The notes beneath the pieces are model-generated. The model was given only the letters and a program-made list of their open reading frames with translations, searched no databases and was not told the DNA's origin. This document shows, in pieces, positions 52,916 through 64,000 of a DNA stretch of 64,000 nucleotides. The DNA lies in the NCBI GenBank assembly GCA_030704615.1, contig CM060731.1, positions 39,618,001-39,682,000 of the forward strand, read 5' to 3'. The position numbers and the translations under genes are program-made. The DNA comes from Takakia lepidozioides. Taxonomy: Eukaryota; Plantae; Bryophyta. The first letter of the stretch is position 1; every line of letters begins with the position of its first letter.

Positions 52916-54208
52916 CCTCGTGTACATCATACACGTGTAAACTATCCGACGGCCGAATGGAGGTTCAAATGGAGGCCGAAACCCTAATTTACTCTCTCCA
53001 TCCGTTTTTTAGATTCCTAGCTCGCTCGTTTTTTTGCTTTGGGGCATCAGCTTTTTGCAATTCCCGTGGCGCCCAATCGGCTTCACACATCAATGCGAAA
53101 GATTTGTAGTTCATTCAGTTCAGTATCGTCCTCCCAGCAACGTGCAAGACAACGCTTTCCGCGCAACGATCCGGCAAATCTATTACTACGGTTTTCTCTA
53201 CGATTGATACGGTTGTCTCTATCATTTTTCTTTCTCAATGTCATTCTTGTTGTTTTGTCACGTCCCCGATGGCTATGGTATTCCTAAGATCCGCATTAGG
53301 AAAGGGTTTTGTTTCTTTCGGTCTAGCCATGCAAGCAGCCGCTCATTTGACGGGGTGCCCATTCACTCTCCTCTCGTGTATCTTTTGTTCACACACCAGC
53401 CGGAGCAGCCTACTCATCGCTATTCTGGATGCAATACGTATTGAATCCTGCGTGTTTTGCAAGCATTGTCAACCGGTTACATGTCTAATGGTTTATATGA
53501 CTGCGTCACGTGTGCTATGGTTACACACAGGGGGTTACACGGTGTTTTCTTTCTCAATACATGGTGGCTTGGTAGACGGTTTAGTAATGGAGGTTTAGAT
53601 GGGGTTGACATATTTGATGGGTTACGTGGATGTTGCGCTCGCGGAGCCACATAGGCTAGGGTTACATGGGTGGGGCGTTACGTTGACCATGTTTACCTGG
53701 AGGTTGCATACTAATGGTTTGATATGACAGGGTTATATCGATGTTGTGTTCGGGAATCACATAGACTAGGGGTACATGAGGTTGTGACGAAGGGTTACAT
53801 CATATGTGGGTACATGACGGAGGGTTACACTCGACGTGTCTCGCATGCGGGTAACGGCTGGTTTGTCGCACTCACAAGTGTAGGGTTACGGGTTACACTC
53901 CGCTATTCCGGGTGACACCGAGATTGCAATTCATATACGTGTGAGTCAGTGCGGATATAACTGATTGTAAGCCGCCAGATTTTAATGAACCACCGTCTTT
54001 CGCTTAATTGACGTGCCTTACGGGTGACATCTAGCTAGCTTCGTTCTTCGTTCTTTGATCATTGTTCAGTTTTTCCCTTCTCGCAGCCCTTTCCTATTCT
54101 TCCTGCATTCTTTGCTGTGCGTGCTCCCTACTGTGCGTTCTTAGGTAACCTCTTGGTCTTGTCTTGCTATTGCTCTTCTCTTATCTTCTGTCAGCTTTTT
54201 CTTTTGTC

Positions 54209-57200
54209 ATGGCTGATTGTTATCTGTTCCCTGGAGAGGCTACTATTCCATTTGATCACTTGAAGAGGGATGGCGAACGAGTTCGCTTGAGCATGCTACA
54301 ATGATCGCGTACTGCCACACCAGGTGTAGAGAGGCCAAGGTGGAGGGAGCAAAGGGCCGGCCTAAGTTCAAATGTCCTTACTATGGGGAAGTAAAGGTAG
54401 ATAAGAACATATTGAATCGGCATATTGTCGATGGAATGGCCGCATGTATGGCCAGACCGAAAGAAACAAAACCGTTTCCTGATGCGGAGCTCAAGCATGC
54501 CATGGCTGTTGAAAATGTGGTGAATTCTGTTCCAGCTTCTTCTGTTGATGCATATCATGCATGGATTCTGCAAAATAGGGTGGCTTTGGGTGAGATTGCA
54601 GATCCTATTGAATTACCTGCTGTTGTACCTTCTTCGGCTACTTCTGCTACAGAGGTTCCATCTTTTGGTGCTCCTGCTGTTTCTGTCCCTGGTCCTTCTA
54701 TTCGGCAGGTTCCTAACGAGAGAGACAAGCGGCGATTGAGCCCGCCTCTACCTGTCCCTATTGCAAAGAAAATCAACATTGGAAACCGGGGAAACCGGAG
54801 CTCAAGGTTCATCTTGCGAAAGCGAACTCCAGGCTCAATCATTCTGCTACCGCATGGCCTTATTCCTCAGTTCCTATTTCCGAATGTCAATGAGAAGGGG
54901 TTTTGGCCGGCATTCCAAGAATTTGTTGCGCGAGGCAAGGGCATAGTCCATGCGACAGCTGCAAAATCAAGTTGGGTTCTATCGACGGACAATCAAGTTA
55001 GACTCCCTGCCATTTCTCTGTTTTTCAAATTTTGGGCTATTGTCTATCCGTGTAACCCTTTGTGTTACCCCCCCTGTCTCTCATGTGGCGTGTAACCCAG
55101 AGTGTAACCCACCTACAGAGGACCCCTTTTAAAATCCCGATGGTGTGTAACCCACCTCTGTGTAACCCCATGTAGCCCACCTTCCTTGTAACCCATTTTT
55201 CATGTGTAACCCCTCGTGCTGTAACCTTTTCTCTGGTGTAACCCCTCACGTTGTATTGCGCAGGGAGCTCGACATCATCTTAGAAGCGATGATATGGACA
55301 GTGTTGTTGCTACCCACAAGGCGTTTATAGCCCAGCCGGATCATGGTCCGTTAATGATAGAGGAATTGAATCGGGTGAAGGAGTATTTGGAGAGCATTGG
55401 GCATCCTGACATGCCAAAGCAGAAAAAGAAAAAAGGTGGGAGACTTACACGAGTCCATCGAGAGAGTCAAGTCTCACATGATGATGACACGATGGACGAA
55501 CCAGCTGTTGGCAATACCGACCTTGATGATGCCAGAACTTCAAATCCTCTTGTCATCACTATTACTGTAGATGGAATCGAAGGTTTGGTTGTTCCAGATC
55601 CATTGGAATTCACTCGCGATTTTGCGGAAGGATTGATCAGTCAAATGGATAATCTCACCAAACCGCACATTGGACCGCCACCACTCTTTTTGAGAATTCT
55701 GGCCCACAACGATGTAAGAAATCATGGCAGGTCAGTTTCCCAAACGCATCCTAGGTTGGGGTTCACGACTGACCTTATGGAAAGTGCTCTTACGGCCTCA
55801 AAGGTGAAGGACCTGGTCGATGAGTATTACGGCTTTAGTCTGATGTACTTTGCACAACCTGGTGACGGAATTGTGACCTTGGATTATGAGCTTGAGGACT
55901 TAAGATCGAGTTTGAGTACAGAAGAGTGGGGTGACAGGTCAGTTAAGATCAACGGAGCTATACAGTTTTGCAAGGCAAGCCGTCGTCGCGCCGCCCATTA
56001 CTTTGCGATCCATCAGAAAGAATCGTTTATCCAGCTTTGGTGTTGTGGCCTCTTCAGCGAATCACCAACAGAAATGGACTTCAATGCGCATTTGGGCATC
56101 CAGTATATGATAGACCTTGGGTCTGTAGTGCCTTGGTATCTCTGTAAGTGTTACTCCATCCACTGTCACCCCTCTCATCGTGTAACCCCTTTGTGTGTAA
56201 TCATGTAATCAGTGTAACCCTCGCTGTGTGTAACGCTGTAATCAGTGTACCCCTAATGTTACCCCTCGCTGTGTGTAACCCTGTAATCAGTGTACCCCTA
56301 ATGTTACCCCTCGCTGTGTTACCCTACATTTGTTACCCTCTCGTTGTGTAATCTCACTAGTGTAACCCAGGTAGTGTAACCCATTGCAAACTACTGTCTC
56401 TAACTGGGTGGTGTAACCCACATCGTGTAATCCGTCCTAGTCAGTGTAACCCTTACATAGTGTAACCCTTGCACTTTCAAAAACCTCGTTCCACGACTAA
56501 AAACCTTTGTCTTTTCCCCGATGCAGATGTGTCCGAGCTCATAACCAATCAAGTCGCCAATGCGTTCAAAAACCTTTTTGAGGCTCAACATGAGCTTCAC
56601 GAGGTTGTGTATGGGGCCCCTCCACAATGCGATACAGGGGGCGCGCAGACGAGTGATGGGCCCTCTGTGTTACAGGATGAGGAGATGGTTAAACCTCGTC
56701 TTCATTCAATGCCCCGCAAAGCGACGATGTACATGACGAGGACATCATTCCAAGTCAATCTGTCGTTGTATCTTTGTCGCAGGTTGGTGAATTGTACTCA
56801 ACCCAGCTGCACTTAGGGGTGAACCTAGCAGACTTGACGCGGGATTTGCCCGTGACTTCTGATACTGAAGATGATACATCAAGGTGGAACACCCAAGTGC
56901 GAACCTCTTTGTCCGCAGCCCTAGTCATTTCTTTTGGAGATCTTAATTGAAGAACCGGGGACCCGCTTGACCCAGAGTCTGTGTATGACTTTGAATATGG
57001 AGATGCTGGGTTGAACCCTCCATGCAACAATGTAAGTATTTGTGAGGATCATGTGGTCAACCTCTCTCAAAATGACACTGTTCGAATGACGCAGACCGAA
57101 GATCCAAGTCATTTTGCGCCACAACATGTCACATTGGAGGAGGTGGTCAGTATTGAGGGTGACATTGTCCGGGGGATTGAGCAGACAGACAGTCACCGAG

Positions 57201-57640
57201 CCTTCGTGGGTCACATTGATGCGGAGGGTGACACTGCAAGGGGAGGAGGCCCTGAAACCGAGGGTTACACTGCACCTGAGGGTGACACTGCGCAGAGAGG
57301 AGCAACGGGGAAGGAGGGTTACACTGCACCTCAGGATGACACTGCGGATACTGGTGTGGTTGACACTGTCGTGAGGGACATTGTCGTGGGTGACACACCA
57401 TTACTCGTGAACACTGCAACTTCCGTTGAGAGTGATATTGACATGGTTACACTGGTAGGGGTGACACCCCACAGCCAACCCACATGGCAGATGTCCGTGA
57501 GTGTAACACTGCCATGGATGACACTCCACTACCATTAGTCGTGGAGGGTGACACTCATTTGCCACGGCCTCTAGTCGCGACAGATGACGCTCTTCCGCTA
57601 GTCAACATGGTCTTGGAGGGTGACAGTGCGGAGAAGGGCA
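54209..57640 (+). pseudogene. Unknown multi-exon cargo gene inside the MULE (disrupted)
   Basis: Long ORFs 54301-55095, 55294-56208, 56469-56816, 56981-57538, partly separated by GT..AG segments full of GTAACCC; FKCPYYG..LNRH..C motif. Confidence 0.55.
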
Positions 57641-57644
57641 ACAC

Positions 57645-58620
57645 AGTACATGGAGTGAGGGTTACACCCCGCGGAGTAACAGAGGGTTATATGGGTTACA
57701 AAGGGTTACAGAGGGTCATGGGGTTACATGGATGACAAAGGGTTACATGGGTTACAAAGGGTCACAGAGGGTTACATGGAGTGACAGTTACATGGGGGTG
57801 AGGGTGACACTCTGCGGTGTTACAGATGGTTACATGGGTTACAGAGGGTCACAGAGGGTTACATGGGTTACAAAGGGTTACAGAGGGTTATATGGTGGTG
57901 AGGGTTACACCTGGTGAGGGTTACAGAGGGTCACAGAGGGTTACATGGAGTGAGGATTACATGGGGATAAGGGTGACACTCTGCGGTGTTACAGAGGGTT
58001 ACATGGGTTGCATGGTGGTGAGGGTTACACCTGGTGAGGGTTACAGAGGGTTACATGGAGTGAGGGTTATATAGGAGTTAGGGTGACACTTTGCGGTGTT
58101 ACAGAGGGTTACATGGTGGTGAGGGTTACACCTGGTGAGGGTTAGAGAGGGTCACATAGGGTTACATAGAGTGAGGGTTACATGGGGGTGAGGGTGACAC
58201 TCTGCGGTGTTACAGAGGGTTACATGGTGGTGAGGGTTACAAAGGGTTACATGGAGTGAGGGTTACATAAGGGTGAGGGTGACACTTTGCGGTGTTACAG
58301 AGGGTTACATGGGTTACAGAGGGTTACATGGGTTACAGAGGGTTACATGGTGGTGAGGGTTACAAGGGGTTACAAGGGGTTACATGTGAGGGTTACAGAG
58401 TGTCATGGGGTTACATGGGTTAAGAGGGTCACAGAGGATTATATGGGTTGCAAAGTTTTACAGAAGGTTACATGGAGTGAGGGTTACATAGGGGTGGGGG
58501 TGACACTCTGCGGTGTTACGGAGGGTTACACTTGGTGAGGGTTACAGAGGGTCATGGGGTTACATGGGTTGCAGAGGGTTACATGGGTTACAGAGGGTTA
58601 CATGGTGGTTAGTGGTTACT
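57645..58620 (-). repeat. Right subterminal array of GGGTTAC variants
   Basis: Inverse of the left array, longer. Confidence 0.95.
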
Positions 58621-59149
58621 GGCGGACTGGTGTCACAGAACGACGACGCAGGCGGCAACGACGCCGATGGGATGAGAGCGGGGGTGGGGAGGGATTGACC
58701 GAGCCCAGCCGGCTGCCTTTCGATGGCTGCCGAAGGCGGAGAACTGGCGGTACGGGGTGTCAGGTTGGACAGTCCTGACGCGCTTGCATTAAGTTCTTAC
58801 ATTATTCCTATTATCTTCATACAATATATATCTGTATATATATTATAATTTGTTTTGAATTGAAATGTAAAAGGTGGAGTGAAGCCTTTAGTTTGGACCA
58901 CTGATTGTGCATGTAAGTAGCGCATTACATTGTGTTTTGGGGTGAGCTCTTTGTTCCAAGAACTGAAGCAAGCTATGCAATTCTTTTTGCAGGAAAGCCC
59001 TACAGCCCTTCCTTATTGGCAGACTTCACTAGACAATTTATGAAGGCATGAATGAACTGAATGATCAACTCCTATTTGCATATTATATGCCTCCAAGGGG
59101 CCTATTGTACAGGTCCCAATATTGATGTGGCTTGATTTTATTGCAAGCA

Positions 59150-62100
59150 CTTGAGCTGACAGGTACGGCCCGTGGGCTGTGGTACAGCCCGCGATCCCCC
59201 CCTCCGGCAACCTTGCCGGCGTGCAGAGCGCCCCATGTCAAATTCCCCCCACCCCCCGCCTCCTCTGCCCGCCCACCCCTCCCGCCCGCCCGCCCGCCCG
59301 CTACCGCTCCTCCGCCACATCCCCACTGTCCCCTCTGTCGCCAGGTGGCCTCATATCCGACTAAGTGGGTATGCAGATGATATGCATACCCGGCCGACTA
59401 CCGCCAACCCGGGATGATCCCCCTTCAAATCGATCCCCCTCCCACGTTTCATCCCCGCCGTCCCTTCCTGATCCACGTGCCGACGATCCCCCGGTACACA
59501 TAACCCCCGTGTCCACCACTCTTGCTGATCTCCTTGTCTGACTAATCCCTCAACTCCAGGGGATCTGCGCCGTCCCCCAACACCCACGTGGCACCCCTCG
59601 CGACGATCACCCGCGACCTTGTGTCCCAGTGTCCCGGTGTCCCGCACTCCCTTTGATCCCCTAGTCTGACTGATCCTCCAGCCCCGGGGGATCTGCGCCG
59701 TCCCCCTCATGCCCACGTGGCACCCATCGCGACGTTCCCCCGCGACCCTATGTCCCAGTGACCCCCGCTCCCGCTGATATCCTTATGTGTCTGATCCCCC
59801 ATATCTGGGGGATCTGCGCCGTCCCCCTCATGCTGATCCTCCAGCCCTGGGGGATCTGTGTCGTCCCCCCCACACCCACGTGGCACCCATCGCGATGATC
59901 CCCCATGACCCTTTGTCCCCGTGTCCCCCACTCCCGCTGATCCCCTTGTCTGCCTGATCCCCCAAATCCGGGGGATTTGCGCTGTCCCCCTCATGCCCAC
60001 ATGCCGCCCATCGCGGCGATCCCCTGCAACCCTGTGTCCCCGTGTCCCTGATCCCCCGACGCTCACTGATCCTCCATAGCCGGCCAATCCTTGTTGTCCC
60101 CTTGGATCTGTGTCTGGACCCCTGGTGTTGGCCCCATGTCCCCCGTTCATGCGAGATCCCCTCCTCTGATCAAACCCCCAGCCTTGGGGATCTCTGCCGT
60201 CCCTCTCGTACCCACATGCCACCCCCTGCCAGGATCCCCCGACCGTGTCCTCGGCCCCCGCAGTCTGACCATTCCCCCACAGCCTGTTGCTGATCCCCTG
60301 CCTGTCTGATCCCCTCTTTACCGGCCGTCCATTACAAGCATTCATCCAACGGTCATAGAAGACTCCCACCTGTTGGGTCTCCGAGACGGAGGGGATTGAT
60401 CCCGATATAGGGTTTTGGTAATGTTGTCAAGTTTCCGCATGTTTCCTACTGTTCTCAAGTCTGCGTGTGTTTGCTGCTCCTGCGCATGTCTTCTGGTGTT
60501 GTACTGTTCCTGCAGGTCGCCGTGCGTCATGAGCAGATCTTCAGAGTTGCGCACGTCATTCATATTGTCACAGCTTTGGAACAACTTGCAAACCCCCCCG
60601 GATGGTCTTTTCAACCACATGAACCTCGTATGGACTCCCGCAATTTCAAGTGGAGGTGGATATCGCGTGAATACAGATATTGTAGCAGTCATTCCTTGGA
60701 CAAGGATCCAGGATTTTGTTGCAAGGGAGGAAGAAAGGCCAGAGGCACCCATTCATTTCAACAAAACGGTGCCTAAAAAGGGAAAACATGAGGATGGTGA
60801 CTTGTTGGCTGATCCAAGGGCCAACAGTTGCTCCTTCTCATAAATTCTGTGTTCCCCTTTGCGGTTCTTTGCATTCTTTGCTATTCTATTTTGTGAAAAT
60901 GTTATGCTCTGTTGCTCCCAATATTCCAGACCACCAACTTAGACGTTCTTACAATTGTTCAGGTTCCATTGTTCTTATGGACCTGAGGACAAGCGCACAG
61001 ATGTCATACTTGTCAATAAGCATTCTTTGAAGAGAAGAAATGGACGAAGAGGGTGTGTGCTAGATCCTTCATCGCCTTCTTACAACAACCATAAGGGGCC
61101 AAGACGGAAGAAGGTCATTCAGGGAGAATCCATCAAGAGGGGTTGTCTCTGTCTGTTTAGGATAGGACGATGTTATCTGGATTCTTCTCTTGCTGTCATT
61201 ACATACTACAACAAGAATCATGTTGATATATCTAATAAGATGTGCCATGGCCACATTGACCCGGATTCAACTAATACTCGTTTCGCACACGCACCTCACC
61301 TTAGTGATGAGGTGAAGATGTGGATAATGGATAGCATACACGCTGGTCTGTTGCTTGTTGCAATAATGTCTCAACATAAGCAACAGGTATTTGAGAGCAA
61401 GTTAAAAGGAGAGAAGTGGTGTCGCGATGATGTTCTACTTGAGCACGATATTAGAAACATGATGGACAAGCTTGCATGTGAGACTTTCAAGCGACATAAG
61501 GACGAGGGGACCAGTCTAAAGATGTGGATGGATGCCCATCCAGACAATGTGTTCTTCTATCAAGAAGACAGTTCTGATACCCCTGCTGGAGGAAAATGGA
61601 AGCGTAAGGTTAACCTCATATTTGCGATCGGCATATGTCAAACAGAATTCCAGAAGCAAAAGAATGGTCGAATTGGGACACAAGCGAATTGTGTCTTGCG
61701 ATGCCACCTTCCGAACCAATGAACACAAGGTGTGTAGAATCGATGACTTGGATTCTTGGGAGCATGAGAGCATAGCATAATCTGATGTTACAAGAGGGGG
61801 TCTCATTCCGATGGACTAATTTGGGGGATCAGTACTGTTTCTGGTGCGAACTGGGGCGATTGTCAGCCATGGACCTGATGTGAATTGGGACCGGGGGATC
61901 TGTGTGGTGTGGGGCTATCTTGGTCAATCTGGTACACAACATGGAAGAGAGAATGCAATAGTAAGCTCTGTTGTTATATTCTGATTTTCCTGTCTTGGAC
62001 GACCTACAAGAGCCGATCCCCCCTCCATGCATTTCACCTCATTCCCAATCCCCTTCTCTGATCCCCCTTATTCCAAATTGTAGACATTGATCCCTATGCA

Positions 62101-62430
62101 GAACTTTCAAAACACTGATCCCCTCTTGAAGTTTGCAAACAGTGATCTTCCTAGTGAACACCGACCCCTCTATTGAATTTTGCAGACACTGTTTCCCCAA
62201 GCAGAACTTTGAAAACACCGATCCCCCTAATATGCATTGGAACAATGATCCCTTTGCAGAACATTGGAAATGACCGATCCCCGTGAAGTTTGTAAACATT
62301 GTTCCCCCCTACAGATATTTCAAAACCTGATCCCCTGATCCTCTTATCTTTGATCCCCTTATCTTATGATCCCCATGATGCCCTGATCCCCTGATCCCTG
62401 TCATGTACTGAGACCCTCGCTACCCGATCC
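59150..62430 (+). mobile_element. Second Mutator-like element with GATCCCC arrays and truncated transposase; ends uncertain
   Basis: GATCCCC-rich tandem units at 59410-60320 and 61800-62430 flanking MULE/SWIM-family coding exons. Confidence 0.7.
60415..61728 (+). pseudogene. MULE/SWIM-family transposase N-terminal part (resembles Arabidopsis At1g60560/At4g13970 family)
   Basis: IPWTRIQDFVAREE; FHCSYGPED; ESIKRGCLCLF..HVD...CHG; APHLSDEVK; RDD; SLKMWMDAHPDNVFFYQ; QTEFQ..MVELGH..CDATFRTN; frameshift at ~61660. Confidence 0.78.
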
Positions 62431-62984
62431 TGCACTATTTCCCCATGGTGACTTGCCAAAAGCATTAATAGTATATTCTAAGAGTGAAACTTATATGAAA
62501 GCCATAGCACCTAAACCTTACATGTAGCAACTTTATTCATCTGGCTATCTAATTATATACATATTAATATAATCTTTTTCTTTTTCTTATTATTATTATT
62601 ATTTTTCTCTTTCAATTCCATTCTAAATAGCATTACACCATTATATATCATATATTTTTAACAGATCTCTACTTTAGTTGTAACAGGTGCTAAACAATCT
62701 ATAAGTGTACACTCCATTAAAATTCCGTTTAAATATATTTGACACGCTTATACATATATAACATTATTGATTCATCTATAATTGTGGGCCAACCTTATAG
62801 TTGGCTCCTGGGCCTTTTCTATTACTGGCACTAAGCAACTATTATTGACAGTTCCTCGTTAGCGAATCAAATTTAGATTTTGAGCAATTAAAGTCATGCA
62901 CTAAACCACTCAAACCGTCACTTTAGGTTCTTTAAAAAAATTAAAAATGTTTCAAATTTATACTTAATAAAATGGGCTTTCAAA

Positions 62985-63640
62985 CTGGCCTTTGAGCGGC
63001 TGAAGTCTCGGCACTGAACGAGCCAAACCCCCCTCCATCAAAACATTAATTCCCCTAGTAACATTTGTAAACAGTGATCCCCCTAGTGAAGTTTGCAAAC
63101 ATTGACCCCCCCACATAACTTTGACAACACCAATCGGGCCCCCAAATAAAATTTGTAGACACTGTTCCCCCCAACAAAACTTTGAAAACACTGATCCCCC
63201 TAATGAGGCACTGAACGGCCTTGAGCGGATCAAGTCCGGGCCAAACCCCCCTCCATCAAAACACTAAAATTCCCCTAGTAACATTTGTAAACAGTGAAGT
63301 TTGCAAACATTGACCCCCCCACACAACTTTGACAACGGCACTCGGGCCTAAATGAAATTTGTAGACATTGTTCCCCCCAACAAAACTTTGAAAACACCGA
63401 TCCCCCTAATGAGGCACTGAACAGCCTTTAGCGGATCAAGTCCGGGCACTGAACGGCCTTGAGCGGATGAAGTCCAGGCACTGAACGGCCTTGAGTGGAT
63501 CAAGTCCGGGCACTGAACGGCTCAAGTCTGGGCATTGAACGAGCCAAACCCCCCTCCATCAAAACACTAAAATTCCCCTAGTAACATTTGTAAACAATGA
63601 TCCTCCCTAGTGAAGTTTGCAAACATTGACCCCCCCACAA
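62985..63640. repeat. Composite tandem repeat: ~210-bp units plus 32-bp units
   Basis: ccaaacccccctccatcaaaac.. at ~63022, 63241, 63544; ggcactgaacggccttgagcggatcaagtccg about four times at 63412-63540. Confidence 0.9.
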
Positions 63641-64000
63641 AATTGCAGGGGCAGGGAAACATGAAGAAGGAGACCGTTGTGTAGGAGGAATAAAACACCA
63701 TGATAGGACGAAAAACAAATCCCTATAAGTACATGCATTATGAGCTGGCCGGTATACAACCATCTTGGACTCTGCAACCTGCATCAATCCTATTCAGCTG
63801 CCCGAAATGCAACCATCTTCGAATTTGCAACATGCACGTAAAAAATATTACGAGGCCATGTTTACAATATGTCAATCTCGTAAGGTAAGTAGTATGAAAA
63901 AGCAAACATGAAATTGAGGCTGAAGTTTGGAGATACTATAGTTACATACCATCATCCCCCTCCACATGTGATTAGCTACAGCCTACGGCAATCCTCTACT

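Larger units (their letters stand above)
52119..58818. mobile_element. Mutator-like (MULE/foldback) element with long TIRs built from GTAACCC/GGGTTAC arrays; no transposase recognised
   Basis: Left gaagataataggaataatgtaagaacttaa.. is the inverse of right ..ttaagttcttacattattcctattatcttc; 9-10-bp TSD (a)tacaatata at 52109-52118 and 58819-58828. Confidence 0.92.

Noticed and set aside
52146-52930. ORFs with VTEGY/LQRVT repeats (also 57484-58778)
   Set aside because: Artefacts of translating the GTAACCC arrays
57645-58620. True or interstitial telomere
   Set aside because: The unit is GGGTTAC with variable spacers, bounded by TIR and TSD; canonical CCCTAAA repeats occur separately at 12338
59132-60369. 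Pro/Gly-rich ORFs
   Set aside because: Translation of GC-rich GATCCCC arrays
63412-63540. 32-bp repeats resembling a CRISPR array
   Set aside because: Units are head-to-tail with no unique spacers, no cas genes, and a plant nuclear context

Overview
Eukaryotic nuclear DNA from a land plant (GT-AG introns, plant gene families, Arabidopsis-type CCCTAAA repeats; a non-seed plant is my guess). Host genes: a NSUN6-like m5C RNA methyltransferase carrying lesions (-), a DUF4598/NOPCHAP1-like gene (-), a family-3 O-methyltransferase (-), a duplicated F-box gene (one broken, one intact, +), an RsmD-like rRNA methyltransferase (-), an unidentified spliced gene (-) and a DUF151 bifunctional-nuclease gene (+). 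There are also fragments of HD-Zip IV and T-complex protein 11 genes. About half the window is mobile DNA: several RTE/RTEX-like LINE insertions, a near-complete CRE-clade (restriction-like endonuclease) retrotransposon, two Ty1/copia elements (one full length with TG...TA LTRs and a half-tRNA primer site), and two adjacent Mutator-like elements. The most unusual signal is those two elements. Each fills its termini and non-coding interior with its own heptamer (GTAACCC/GGGTTAC, telomere-like in sequence and polarity; GATCCCC), and the first carries a divergent pair of paralogous unknown zinc-finger-like ORFs. All family calls come from motif recognition by eye; no searches were run.
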